DNA of 64,000 bases, taken from an uncultured Erysipelotrichaceae bacterium. GTDB lineage: Bacteria > Bacillota_I > Bacilli_A > RFN20 > CAG-826. Every line of letters starts with the position of its first letter. Position 1 is the stretch's first letter. Below, piece by piece: positions 1 through 9,454 of the stretch. Under the pieces are notes generated by a model, which made no database searches, was not told where the DNA came from, and saw nothing but the letters and a program-made list of their open reading frames with translations. The stretch spans positions 13,907 to 77,906 of the forward strand of contig CADAIJ010000003.1 of the NCBI GenBank assembly GCA_902787955.1. Reading direction: 5' to 3'. The position numbers and the translations under genes are program-made.

Positions 1-275
1 GAAACAGTGCCTTCTTTGAAGAAACTGCTGGTGTTGGATATAACTCCGATTATTACATGAACAACAAATTGTCAGATTCCGATCTCCAAAATGTTGAATC
101 ATGTGACCCAGATAACTTCTTAACTCCAACTATTTTATTAGTTGACTTCACTGCTGCTGCAGAAAATCCAGGCGTTACCGAAATTTTCTTCGGACTTAGC
201 GGCGACAAAGATTCAGATAAAGCTGAAATGCTTGCCGACTGCTGGTTACACACTGGCGACTTCGCTATTAAATAG
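1..275 (+). CDS. C-terminal fragment of a CDS that starts upstream of the window. It ends ...ADCWLHTGDFAIK at a TAG stop and may be an AMP-binding (acyl-CoA synthetase-like) enzyme ending at the WLHTGD hinge motif.
   Basis: Frame 3 is open from position 3 to the TAG stop at 273-275. The WLHTGD motif resembles the A8/hinge motif of adenylate-forming enzymes. An intrinsic terminator follows. Confidence 0.3.
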   Translation, partial: NSAFFEETAGVGYNSDYYMNNKLSDSDLQNVESCDPDNFLTPTILLVDFTAAAENPGVTEIFFGLSGDKDSDKAEMLADCWLHTGDFAIK

Positions 276-294
276 AAGTTAAGACCGGCTGAAA

Positions 295-330
295 AAAGAA
301 ACTTCGCAATTCAGTGCGAAGTTTTTATTT
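295..330. terminator. Bidirectional Rho-independent terminator between convergent genes.
   Basis: Perfect 8-bp stem ACTTCGCA/TGCGAAGT with a 6-nt loop. An A-run lies 5' and a T-run 3'. Confidence 0.6.
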
Positions 331-354
331 TTCTTATTTTTCCCAATGAGGGGA

Positions 355-837
355 TTATCTGTACTTTTTTTGATAAACCTTAAGGACAGAATTAGGTACT
401 AGTTTAGAAATATCTACTTTAGATAAATATAATTCGTGGATTGCACTTGATGAGATAAAGTTCGTTTCGGTATGAGACATAAAGAAAACGATATCAATTG
501 AGTTATCAATATAATAGTTTGCAGCGGTTAATTGGAATTCGTATTCAAAATCACTGACCGCTCTTAAGCCACGAATCATACATTTAGCATCATGACTCTT
601 AGCGTATTCCACGACAAGTCCTCTAGTTGTATCCACACTTACATTTTTTAAGCCAAGTTCTTTAATAGCTTCTGTTGCCATTAAGACTCTTTCTTCCACA
701 GTGAACTTAGAAGATTTATTTGGATTATCTGCGATTAAGATAATAACTTCATCAAAAACATTTAATGATCTTTTTAAGATATCAATATGACCATTAGTAA
801 TTGGATCGAAGCTTCCTGGATAAATAGCTTTATTCAT
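355..837 (-). CDS. coaD: Phosphopantetheine adenylyltransferase.
   Basis: 160 aa. The N-terminus reads GSFDPITNGHIDIL, the nucleotidyltransferase H/TxGH motif. Length and synteny with rsmD are conserved. Confidence 0.9.
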   Translation of the reverse strand: MNKAIYPGSFDPITNGHIDILKRSLNVFDEVIILIADNPNKSSKFTVEERVLMATEAIKELGLKNVSVDTTRGLVVEYAKSHDAKCMIRGLRAVSDFEYEFQLTAANYYIDNSIDIVFFMSHTETNFISSSAIHELYLSKVDISKLVPNSVLKVYQKKYR

Positions 838-839
838 TC

Positions 840-1376
840 TTATCTCCTTAATATATATACATAGGTTTGGGAATATTTATATTCTTTAAATTTAGAGAAT
901 AAACTTAAATCTATATCTAAATTATAATCACTTTCTAAAACAAGTATGCCATTTTTAGCTAAGGATGAACTATTTATAATAGCGTCCACGATCTCTTTAT
1001 AATCATATTTCTTATAAGGTGGATCAACAAAGATGATGTCATATTCTTCATTTGTGTTAAGTAAGAATGAGAAAGAATCTTCTTTATACATCTTAGTTTG
1101 GTCTAATACATCTAATGCGCGCGCGTTTTCTTTTATTACTTTAATAGCTTCTAAACCATTATCCACAAATGTTGATGATGATGCTCCTCTAGATAAACTT
1201 TCAAAGCCATATGAACCTGAACCAGCAAATAAATCTAAAACATTTTTGCCATTAATATCGTTTTGAAGAGCGGAAAACACTCCATTTCTTACTTTATCCA
1301 TTGTCGGTTTAGTTAAAGTAGTGTCAGGAGTTTTTAAGAGTCTTGAACGAAATGTTCCACCAGATATTCTTAACAT
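840..1376 (-). CDS. rsmD: 16S rRNA (guanine966-N2)-methyltransferase RsmD.
   Basis: 178 aa. Contains the SAM-binding LDLFAGSG motif and the N6-MTase VDPPY motif. It lies immediately upstream of coaD, as in Bacilli. Confidence 0.85.
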   Translation of the reverse strand: MLRISGGTFRSRLLKTPDTTLTKPTMDKVRNGVFSALQNDINGKNVLDLFAGSGSYGFESLSRGASSSTFVDNGLEAIKVIKENARALDVLDQTKMYKEDSFSFLLNTNEEYDIIFVDPPYKKYDYKEIVDAIINSSSLAKNGILVLESDYNLDIDLSLFSKFKEYKYSQTYVYILRR

Positions 1377-1729
1377 TGATGTTTTCCTTTTAAATTAAAG
1401 TCATTAAATAATTCTTTATTTATCTTTTCATATAATAGTCTAACTTCTTTATAGGCTTCATTATATTCTTTCACTAAAGGGTGATTATCTAAATTTAGTT
1501 TAGCTTCATAGAGTGCTTTTTGAGCGTCTTTAACTTCTTTTGAATCTTCTTTAAAAAATTTTAACGCATCATTATATAAAGTATTCGCCGTATCTTTCTT
1601 ATATGAAAGAACCATAACTTCTTCGTTATGATTAAGTTGCTCATCGAGTTCATTAAGTCTAATAACTCGAGGATCTTTTTCAATTCCTTCTTTAAGAAGG
1701 ATTAAGCTCTCATATAATTTATCATCCAT
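1370..1729 (-). CDS. YlbF/YmcA-family (UPF0342) regulatory protein.
   Basis: 119-aa helical protein placed ylbF-like upstream of rsmD-coaD. This is the conserved Firmicute gene order. Confidence 0.5.
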   Translation of the reverse strand: MDDKLYESLILLKEGIEKDPRVIRLNELDEQLNHNEEVMVLSYKKDTANTLYNDALKFFKEDSKEVKDAQKALYEAKLNLDNHPLVKEYNEAYKEVRLLYEKINKELFNDFNLKGKHQC

Positions 1730-1779
1730 AGCGTTATGTTATCAAATTTTCAAAATGTATGGTAGAATAGATTTTTGTT

Positions 1780-2349
1780 ATGAGTAAGTACTTTAAAATT
1801 GTTCAAGATAACGAACCATCATTAAGAGAAAGATGTAGAGTCGTCGAAAACCCAGATGATGATTCAATTATCGAATTAGTTAATAAGATGCACGATTATT
1901 TAGTTGCATCTCAAGATCCAAAAATTAAAGAAAAATATCAACTTAAAGAAGGCGTAGGTTTAGCCGCGCCTCAAATCGGAGAAAATATCCGCGCTTTAGT
2001 TGTCTATTATCCAATCGAAGAAGATGAAGATGGTAATCCTACTAAAGTAGTTGACCACCGCTTAATCAATCCTCGCATTATTTCTGAATCCGTTAAAGAA
2101 AGCTATTTAGGCGCGGGAGAAGGCTGTTTATCCGTAAAAGAAAACCATGAAGGCTATGTTTACCGTAAATTTAAAATAATTGTGAAAGCCTTTGATGCCG
2201 TTACTAGAAAAGAAAAAATTATTACCGCGAGAGGATATGAAGCAATTGTCCTCCAACACGAACTCGATCACCTAAATGGTGTTTTATATTACGATCACAT
2301 CAATAAAGAAAACCCATTTATTCGAAAAGAAGATGCGATTCGCATTTAA
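1780..2349 (+). CDS. def: Peptide deformylase.
   Basis: Carries the GLAAPQIG, EGCLS and HELDHLNG motifs. Confidence 0.9.
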   Translation: MSKYFKIVQDNEPSLRERCRVVENPDDDSIIELVNKMHDYLVASQDPKIKEKYQLKEGVGLAAPQIGENIRALVVYYPIEEDEDGNPTKVVDHRLINPRIISESVKESYLGAGEGCLSVKENHEGYVYRKFKIIVKAFDAVTRKEKIITARGYEAIVLQHELDHLNGVLYYDHINKENPFIRKEDAIRI

Positions 2350-2460
2350 GTTTTCTAATTGCTAATTGAATTTTATTTTATAACTAGTTATAATTTAGCC
2401 ACTAAATAAATTAACGAAAATAATTCATTAATTGCTGTTTTATTTATTGTTAGGAGACTT

Positions 2461-4122
2461 ATGGCTGAAACAAAATCCCCAATATCAGTTTACGCATTAG
2501 GCGGCTTATGCGAAGTAGGCAAAAACACTTATTGCATTGAATCAGATCGTTCACTCATCATTATTGATGCTGGTGTTCGTTTTCCTGACGCTAATTTGCC
2601 TGGGGTTAGCTATGTTATTCCTAACTATTCAAAATTAAATCATTCAAGACAAAAAATTAAAGCTTTAATTATCACCCATGGTCATGAAGACCATATCGGC
2701 GCTATTCCATTTTTAGTGCAAAGAGTATATATTCCAGTAATTTACGCGCCTAAACTTGCGGCAGCTTTAATTCGTCATAAATTAGAAGATGCTCGCGTTA
2801 GAGATAAAGTTAATATCGTTGAATATGATTCAGATACTATTTTAAATATTGATGATTTTACTGTTTCATTCTTCTATGTCACCCACTCCATCCCAGATGC
2901 TTATGGGGTTTGTGTGGATACTCCTCAAGGAAGAATTATTCATACTGGAGACTTTAAGATCGATTTGACTCCAGTCGGAAAACAAATTGAATTAAATAAG
3001 ATTTCCCGCTTAGGAAGCGAAGGAGTTGACCTTTTACTTAGTGACTCCACTAACGCGGAAATTGAAGGATATACCCCAAGTGAAACAAACGTTTTGAATT
3101 CAATTAATGATATTTTTGAAGGCACTCCAGGAAGAATTATTCTTTCTACCTTTTCTTCTAACGTTTCTCGTATTCAACAAATCGTTGAAGTTGCGGTTAA
3201 ACATGGAAGATATATCGCAATACTTGGTCGATCAATGGAATATGTTGTCCAAGTTGCTAGAGACTTAGGTTACATTAAGATTCCAGATTCAAGAATTATT
3301 CCAATTAACGAAGTTAACGATTATAAAGCTAACGAAATTTGTGTACTTTGCACTGGTTCACAAGGTGAACCAATGGCGGCTTTATCAAGAATCGCTAATG
3401 GAGAACATAAAGATTTATCCATTATTCCTGGTGATACAGTTGTTTTCTCATCCAGTGCCATTCCAGGAAATGGAGTTTTAATTGAAAGAGTTGTTAACCA
3501 ATTAGTTAGAAAAGGCTGTGAAGTCACAACTAATTCAATTCTTTATTCCGTTCACTCTTCGGGTCACCCATCTAAACAAGAATTAAGATTAATGTTACGT
3601 TTAGTTAATCCTAAATACTTTATGCCGATCCATGGTGATTATAGAATGCTTAAGATTCATGGCAAGATCGCGGAATCTTTAGGTATTCCTGAAGATCATA
3701 TCTTTGTCTTAGAAAACGGTGAATCAATTGTTTTATATAATCACGAAATACATCGTGGTCCTAAATATGATGCTTTCCCAGTATATATTGATGGAAAAGA
3801 TATAAGCGGACTATCTGAAGCCGTGATTAAAGATAGAGAAATATTAAAAGAAGATGGTTTAGTTTCAATTGTGGTTGGAATTAATTCCAAAACAAAGACA
3901 ATTAAATCTGCTCCAAAAGTCATTTCCTATGCTTTTACCGCGGATAAACAAATCATTGATGAAATAACAACTATTACCACTAAAACAATTAATACAATTT
4001 TAGAGAACAGCCAGTCCTTTAATGAACTTAAAACATACATTAAAGATGTTGTTTCTACTTATGTTTATCGTAAGACTGAACGTAGGCCAATGGTCGTTCC
4101 AGTAATCTTAGACGAAAAATAA
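2461..4122 (+). CDS. rnj: Ribonuclease J.
   Basis: 553 aa. Has the metallo-beta-lactamase HGHEDHIG motif, a beta-CASP region and a C-terminal domain. The RBS AGGAGA precedes the ATG. Confidence 0.9.
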   Translation: MAETKSPISVYALGGLCEVGKNTYCIESDRSLIIIDAGVRFPDANLPGVSYVIPNYSKLNHSRQKIKALIITHGHEDHIGAIPFLVQRVYIPVIYAPKLAAALIRHKLEDARVRDKVNIVEYDSDTILNIDDFTVSFFYVTHSIPDAYGVCVDTPQGRIIHTGDFKIDLTPVGKQIELNKISRLGSEGVDLLLSDSTNAEIEGYTPSETNVLNSINDIFEGTPGRIILSTFSSNVSRIQQIVEVAVKHGRYIAILGRSMEYVVQVARDLGYIKIPDSRIIPINEVNDYKANEICVLCTGSQGEPMAALSRIANGEHKDLSIIPGDTVVFSSSAIPGNGVLIERVVNQLVRKGCEVTTNSILYSVHSSGHPSKQELRLMLRLVNPKYFMPIHGDYRMLKIHGKIAESLGIPEDHIFVLENGESIVLYNHEIHRGPKYDAFPVYIDGKDISGLSEAVIKDREILKEDGLVSIVVGINSKTKTIKSAPKVISYAFTADKQIIDEITTITTKTINTILENSQSFNELKTYIKDVVSTYVYRKTERRPMVVPVILDEK

Positions 4123-4123
4123 T

Positions 4124-4666
4124 ATGCTTATCTTAGCTAGTCAATCTCCAAGAAGAAAAGAATTATTAAAGAAAATTGTTCCTGAATTTTTAATTATGCC
4201 TGCGGATGTTGATGAACATTTAAATGTTGATCCATACACTCTTCCTATGGAAGCGGCTTACTTAAAAGCAATGACTATTTTTAAAGATCACCCAAATGAT
4301 GAAGTACTTGGAAGTGATACAGTTGTTATCGTAGATGGAGAATTATTTGGAAAACCTAAAGATGAAAATGACGCTTATAGAATGCTTAAAGCGTTAAGCG
4401 GGAGAGACCATGATGTAGTTAGTGGCTATGCCTACGTTTCAAAGAAAAAAACCATCAAAGGGTCCACTAAAACAGTTGTTCACTTCAACGAACTAAGTGA
4501 TGAAACTATCTGGAAATATATAAAAACAGGCTCGCCTTTAGATAAAGCGGGAGCCTATGGAATTCAAGATGAAGAATTTCATCTAGTTAAATCTATAGAA
4601 GGAAGTTTAGATAACGTAATTGGACTTCCAACTGAAGATATTAAGAAAAATTGTTTTAGTGATTAA
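4124..4666 (+). CDS. maf: Maf-like nucleoside triphosphate pyrophosphatase.
   Basis: 180 aa with the N-terminal LILASQSPRRKELL signature. Confidence 0.85.
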   Translation: MLILASQSPRRKELLKKIVPEFLIMPADVDEHLNVDPYTLPMEAAYLKAMTIFKDHPNDEVLGSDTVVIVDGELFGKPKDENDAYRMLKALSGRDHDVVSGYAYVSKKKTIKGSTKTVVHFNELSDETIWKYIKTGSPLDKAGAYGIQDEEFHLVKSIEGSLDNVIGLPTEDIKKNCFSD

Positions 4667-5063
4667 GTCCTTTATAAATCTTTTCTGAATTAGATTTAGA
4701 AACTAAAGTAATCTTATTAGACATCTTAATGAATGAATCCACTCCGCACTCAGTGAGGAGTTTTTCATTTATAAGGTCATAATCTTTTAAAACTAAACTA
4801 ATACGTGAACCATTTAAAGAAGAAGATTTAAGATTTTCTTTGCCTCCAATTGCTTCAAATAATTTGGTAACAAATTCATCATCAACCGCATTAATTACTG
4901 GAGCACCTAAAGGTGATTCTTTTCTTTTCTTAAGTGAAATAAGGAAAAGAACTAAAACCACAATAAAAACGACACCCGCTAAACCTAAGGCAATATAAAT
5001 ACCATAATTAACGAGCCAGTCATTAAGCCAGTTTACGCTTGGATCAGAATCTGCATATATCAT
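4656..5063 (-). CDS. Membrane-anchored PTS EIIB-like domain protein with no active-site Cys.
   Basis: An N-terminal TM helix is followed by the EIIB(Glc)-like motif GGKENL...SLVLKD. The canonical HCATRLR segment is replaced by LNGSRIS. Confidence 0.5.
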   Translation of the reverse strand: MIYADSDPSVNWLNDWLVNYGIYIALGLAGVVFIVVLVLFLISLKKRKESPLGAPVINAVDDEFVTKLFEAIGGKENLKSSSLNGSRISLVLKDYDLINEKLLTECGVDSFIKMSNKITLVSKSNSEKIYKGLNH

Positions 5064-5102
5064 ATTAATTTACCTTGTTATATAATAACACAAGGAAATC
5101 TT

Positions 5103-5690
5103 ATGAGCAAAAACATTGAAATCGAAGCTAAAGTAATGATTAGTAAGAAAGGCTATGATGCCCTCCTTTTAGCGTATAAAGACTTAGAAGATAAAATATA
5201 TTCACAAGATAACTACTATATTGATAATAAGGAATTCATTATTAGCAAAAATAAACTTGGACTAAGAATCAGAAAAAAGAGCGATGACTATATTGAATTT
5301 ACCGTTAAAGAAAAGCTTAAAGAAGGTAAATTAGAAATAAACCAGCCGATTTCCTATAGGGAATTTGAAGAATTTAAGCAAAATGGAGTTCTTCCTAATG
5401 GAGAGGTTTTAAACTTTGTTAAAAGTAAGATAGATGTACCTGTTTCAGATTTAAAATGCTATGCGCTTTTAGTCACTAAAAGATTAGATATTAATTATAA
5501 AGATGGACTAATTTCAATTGATGAATCCACCTATAATAACATCACTGATTATGAAGTCGAATGTGAGTCTTCTTCAATGGAGCACGCGAAAGAATTATTA
5601 AAAGAATTCTTAAAAAATAAAAAGATTCCATATACCTGGAATCATGTTTCTAAACTTAAAAGAGCTAGAGAATCTATTTCGAAAGCTTAG
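5103..5690 (+). CDS. CYTH-domain (triphosphate tunnel metalloenzyme-like) protein.
   Basis: The N-terminus IEIEAKVMI resembles the CYTH ExExK motif. The protein is about 195 aa. Confidence 0.5.
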   Translation: MSKNIEIEAKVMISKKGYDALLLAYKDLEDKIYSQDNYYIDNKEFIISKNKLGLRIRKKSDDYIEFTVKEKLKEGKLEINQPISYREFEEFKQNGVLPNGEVLNFVKSKIDVPVSDLKCYALLVTKRLDINYKDGLISIDESTYNNITDYEVECESSSMEHAKELLKEFLKNKKIPYTWNHVSKLKRARESISKA

Positions 5691-6099
5691 TAATTTCAGA
5701 ACAATCTTCGTAGCAGTCTCCGGTACACGCCATTTCCGCAATGCGTCTAGCGCGAGGAATAAATGTTCTAATCTCTTCAGAATTATAACCAACTTGAATA
5801 CGATGATCATCCACCATAATTGGTCTTTTTAAGACAGAAGGGTTTTTACGAATAAAATCAACGAGTTCAGTAATAGTCATGTCTTCGACATCGACATTAT
5901 TTTCTTTGATGATTTTAGAACGTTGAGAAATGATATCTTCAGTACCATTTTCCGATTTAATTAAGATATCTTTTAATTCATCTGGATTTAAAACAGCATT
6001 AAAAATATTATGTTCTTCAAACGGAATTTTCTGTTCTTCGAACCATTTTTTTACTTTGCGGCAACTAGAGCACGATGGGGATGTATATATTTTTATCAT
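5674..6099 (-). CDS. spx: Spx/ArsC-family transcriptional regulator.
   Basis: The N-terminal CSSC (CxxC) redox motif sits in an IYTSPSCSSCRK context. The 141-aa protein has an ArsC-like fold. Confidence 0.75.
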   Translation of the reverse strand: MIKIYTSPSCSSCRKVKKWFEEQKIPFEEHNIFNAVLNPDELKDILIKSENGTEDIISQRSKIIKENNVDVEDMTITELVDFIRKNPSVLKRPIMVDDHRIQVGYNSEEIRTFIPRARRIAEMACTGDCYEDCSEITKLSK

Positions 6100-6227
6100 A
6101 GTTAGAATTTATAATTTATAACTATGCTTGTCAAACTTTATGTTAAAAATTGGGTGTAGAGATATGTGTGAAAGTGCTATACTAATTAAGATTATTTTTA
6201 TCTTTTAAGGAAGGAAGGTAATTAAAT

Positions 6228-7211
6228 ATGGACAATATCTTAAGTGGAATCAAGCCAACAGGTAAGTTAACTCTTGGCAATTATATCGGTGCTATTAAAA
6301 ACTTTGCTCGCATTCAAAATGAAGGGGATACCTTTGTTTTTATTGCAGATTTACACGCTTTAACTCTTCCAATTGAACCAGAAGATTTAAGAAATAATTC
6401 ACGTGATATCGCTGCTTATTACTTAGCGGCTGGTTTAGATCCAAAGTCCACTACTATCTTCCTTCAAAGTGACGTTCCTGCTCATAGTGAACTTGCTGTC
6501 ATTATGCAAAACTTCCTATATATGGGTGAATTATCCAGAATGACACAATTTAAAGATAAAGCTCAAAAGATGGACAATGAAGCTATTGGTTTAGGCTTAT
6601 TTGCTTATCCAGTTCTTATGGCTTGCGATATCGTTTTATATAATTCAAAGCGCATCCCAGTTGGTGAAGACCAAGTTCAACATGTTGAACTTTGCCGTGA
6701 CTTAGTAAAAAGATTTAATAACCGATATGGTGATACATTAGTTATGCCAAGAGCGGAAATGGTTAAAGTTGGTAAAAGAATTATGTCACTTAGTGATCCA
6801 ACTAAGAAGATGTCTAAATCTGATCCAAAAGGCGATATTTTCCTCTCTGATGATTTAAATGTGATGAGAAAGAAAATTATGTCAGCGGTAACTGACTTAG
6901 GACACGAAATTAAATATGATGTTGAAAATAAGCCAGGTATCTCAAATTTAATGACTATATATTCCGCTCTAACTGGTAAGGAATTCGCTGAAATTGAAAA
7001 AGAATTTGAAGGCAAAGGCTATGGCGACTTTAAGCGCGCTGTTGCAGATGCTGTTATAAATGAAATGGAACCATTCAAAAAACGTTATGAAGAAATCATT
7101 TCTTCTGGTTTAGTGGATGAAGTGTTAGAAGAAGGCGCTAAAAAGGCAAGTGTTATTGCTAATGAAACTTTAGCCCGCGTTCAAAAAGCTGTTGGTTTAT
7201 ATCATAAATAA
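6228..7211 (+). CDS. trpS: Tryptophan--tRNA ligase.
   Basis: 327 aa. Shows the class I TrpRS signature GIKPTGKLTLGNYIG and the KMSKS motif. Confidence 0.9.
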   Translation: MDNILSGIKPTGKLTLGNYIGAIKNFARIQNEGDTFVFIADLHALTLPIEPEDLRNNSRDIAAYYLAAGLDPKSTTIFLQSDVPAHSELAVIMQNFLYMGELSRMTQFKDKAQKMDNEAIGLGLFAYPVLMACDIVLYNSKRIPVGEDQVQHVELCRDLVKRFNNRYGDTLVMPRAEMVKVGKRIMSLSDPTKKMSKSDPKGDIFLSDDLNVMRKKIMSAVTDLGHEIKYDVENKPGISNLMTIYSALTGKEFAEIEKEFEGKGYGDFKRAVADAVINEMEPFKKRYEEIISSGLVDEVLEEGAKKASVIANETLARVQKAVGLYHK

Positions 7212-8035
7212 TGGATAGGTATTTAATCGCGATTGATATTGATGGAACTCTTTTAAATAAAGATAGAGTTATTTCAAAAGCGACGAAAGAATATCTTCTT
7301 AAATTATCAAACGAAGGTCATTTAATTGTTCTTGCAAGTGGTAGACCAATTCGTTCACTAGTCCAATTTCACAATGAATTAAAACTAGATACTCCCCTAA
7401 TTTGCTATAACGGAGCGCTAGTTTTTTCTTTAAATGATAAGAATTTTAAGACTAGAGAATATATCTTTAAAAAAGAAATTGTTAACGAAATCTATTATTC
7501 AATAAAGCCATATATTGATAACGCTATGTGCGAAACAAATACTGATATCTATATTGATAAAGTAGATGAAACTTTAGATATCTTCTTTTGGTATAAAGGA
7601 ATGAATATTCATCAAGGTGAATTTAAAGATATTTTAAAAGAAGATGTTATTACTTTTATTGCTAAACTTAATCAAAAAGGTATCGAACATAACGAAGAAA
7701 TCACCAAAAGATGTTCAAAATATGAAGGAATCGAAGAAAGATTCTGGAGAGGTCTTCCTTATGTTGAACTTTATCATAAAAAGGCTACAAAGGGTAATGC
7801 CTTATTAGATATCGCTGAATATTATAAGATTCCTCAGAAGAATATCATTTCTATCGGAGATAGCGATAACGACTTATATATGCTTCAAGTTGCAGGTTAT
7901 GGTGTGGCACTTGCTAACGCAAAAGAGTTCTTAAAAAGTAACGCTGATATAATTACTCAAAAATCAAATCATGAAGATGGAGTTATTGAAGCGATAGAAG
8001 ATATTTTTAACGGAAAATATAAATCAAAATTTTAA
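7211..8035 (+). CDS. Cof-type HAD-IIB sugar-phosphatase-like hydrolase.
   Basis: Has the IAIDIDGTLL motif I and a GDSDNDLYM motif IV. Confidence 0.8.
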   Translation: MDRYLIAIDIDGTLLNKDRVISKATKEYLLKLSNEGHLIVLASGRPIRSLVQFHNELKLDTPLICYNGALVFSLNDKNFKTREYIFKKEIVNEIYYSIKPYIDNAMCETNTDIYIDKVDETLDIFFWYKGMNIHQGEFKDILKEDVITFIAKLNQKGIEHNEEITKRCSKYEGIEERFWRGLPYVELYHKKATKGNALLDIAEYYKIPQKNIISIGDSDNDLYMLQVAGYGVALANAKEFLKSNADIITQKSNHEDGVIEAIEDIFNGKYKSKF

Positions 8036-8997
8036 TCTAATTCAGAAAGAATTTTTTTCTCATTCGCCGGAAGATTTGCGGTGAATTTTTTATTTTTGAG
8101 GTAATTTAAAGGTTCAGGAATATCTTTAAATTCTAATGAATAGGCATGTAAGAATTGATTCTCAAAACCATACAAGGATTTAAAGTCTTTATTAATCTTA
8201 AAATTCCCGTATTTAGCGTCCCCTACTACTGGGTAATTCTTACTAGCGAGGTGAACTCTAATTTGATGTGTTCTTCCGGTAACTAATTCAACATTAACTA
8301 ATGAATATCCTTTAAAGTGTTTATTAATTGAAACTTTAGATAACGCTCTTTGTCCGCCATCTTTTTCTTTTGTAACTTTAACTAAACCACTATTTGGATC
8401 TTTTAATAAAGGCAAATCAATTTCCATATAATTAGGGAAATAACCGATTACTAAAGCTAAATATGTCTTGGTTAATTCAGTTTTATCTTTAAATAATTTT
8501 TCTAAGCAATTTAAAGCGTTTAATGTTTTTGCATACGCAATTATTCCCGATGTATTTCTATCAAGTCTATGCGCTGGAGCAGGAGTAAAACCTTTATCAT
8601 TATTTGGGTCATACTCACCCTTAAAATATAAATAATTTAAGACATCATTAGTTAAAGTTACTCGCTTTTCATTAATATCTCCATGCACTAATAAGCCACG
8701 TGGTTTATTAATAAGGATGATGTTTTCATCTTCATAAATAATTTCATGAGGGAAGTCTTTTTTGATTGTTTCTTTTGGTTTAGAAAATTCTTTAAGTTGA
8801 TCTTCACTAACATATAATGTTATCTCTTCACCTTCATTAATGAAATAATCCTGTTTAACCCAGTGGCCATTCACTTTGACATCTTTCTTCCTGAATAATT
8901 TATAAACAAAAGAAAGAGGTGCCTCATTGAGGTATTTTTTAACAAATTTATCAATACGTTGGTTAGCTTCTTTTGAAGAGACAATTACTTTTATCAT
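8032..8997 (-). CDS. RluA-family 23S rRNA pseudouridine synthase (RluD-like).
   Basis: N-terminal S4 domain plus the catalytic HRLDRNTSG motif. Confidence 0.85.
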   Translation of the reverse strand: MIKVIVSSKEANQRIDKFVKKYLNEAPLSFVYKLFRKKDVKVNGHWVKQDYFINEGEEITLYVSEDQLKEFSKPKETIKKDFPHEIIYEDENIILINKPRGLLVHGDINEKRVTLTNDVLNYLYFKGEYDPNNDKGFTPAPAHRLDRNTSGIIAYAKTLNALNCLEKLFKDKTELTKTYLALVIGYFPNYMEIDLPLLKDPNSGLVKVTKEKDGGQRALSKVSINKHFKGYSLVNVELVTGRTHQIRVHLASKNYPVVGDAKYGNFKINKDFKSLYGFENQFLHAYSLEFKDIPEPLNYLKNKKFTANLPANEKKILSELD

Positions 8998-9026
8998 GGT
9001 AAATGATATTTTATATCAAAACATTG

Positions 9027-9055
9027 TTGTAATTAAGAAAAAGAAAATATATACT
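9027..9055 (+). promoter_or_regulatory. Putative sigma70-type promoter for tRNA-Ser.
   Basis: TTGTAA-17nt-TATACT, ending about 13 nt before the tRNA 5' end. Confidence 0.4.
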
Positions 9056-9068
9056 TTAACACAGCGCT

Positions 9069-9159
9069 GGAGGATTACCCAAGAGGCTGAAGGGGTGGGC
9101 TTGGAAAGCTCATAGGTTCCGAAAGGGGCGCTAGGGTTCAAATCCCTAATCCTCCGCCA
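9069..9159 (+). tRNA. tRNA-Ser (anticodon GGA).
   Basis: The acceptor stem GGAGGAT/ATCCTCC is followed by G and CCA. The anticodon loop is TTGGAAA. It has a long variable arm and a GGTTCAAATCC T-arm. Confidence 0.85.
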
Positions 9160-9164
9160 TCCTT

Positions 9165-9310
9165 AATTGTCGAGACACGTAAGTAAAAATACGTGTTTTT
9201 TATTACATTTTTAATATATTTACTATTTCTATGCCACCTGGTTGAGAGTCATATAGGGTTACTCTTTAAACCCCTTATAAAAATTGGATAGACACGAGGG
9301 TTTAACCCTC
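9165..9310. repeat. Composite repeat module, copy A. It consists of the motif TTGTCGAGACAC, hairpin 1, an AT-rich spacer and a degenerate hairpin 2.
   Basis: GACACGTAAGTAAAAATACGTGTTTTTT is a plus-strand terminator for the tRNA. AAACCCCTTATAAAAATTGGATAGACACGAGGGTTT is homologous to the modules at 11727-11900 and 23959-24163. Confidence 0.5.
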
Positions 9311-9454
9311 TTAACCATTTTGAAAAAGAAAAGATGATGAATGTTGTATCGCCCATATGTCCATTTTATTGTATGAAAGGTAAGGAGGGATTGTATTCTT
9401 TTTGATTGGGTTTTATATATTGTTTATTATGAAAACGAATTGAATGTTAAATTA

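Noticed and set aside
6100-6227. Possible T-box leader upstream of trpS.
   Set aside because: The intergenic region is only about 128 nt. It has no T-box consensus (AATTAGGGTGGNACCGCG), no specifier/antiterminator architecture and no terminator. It is more likely a simple promoter.
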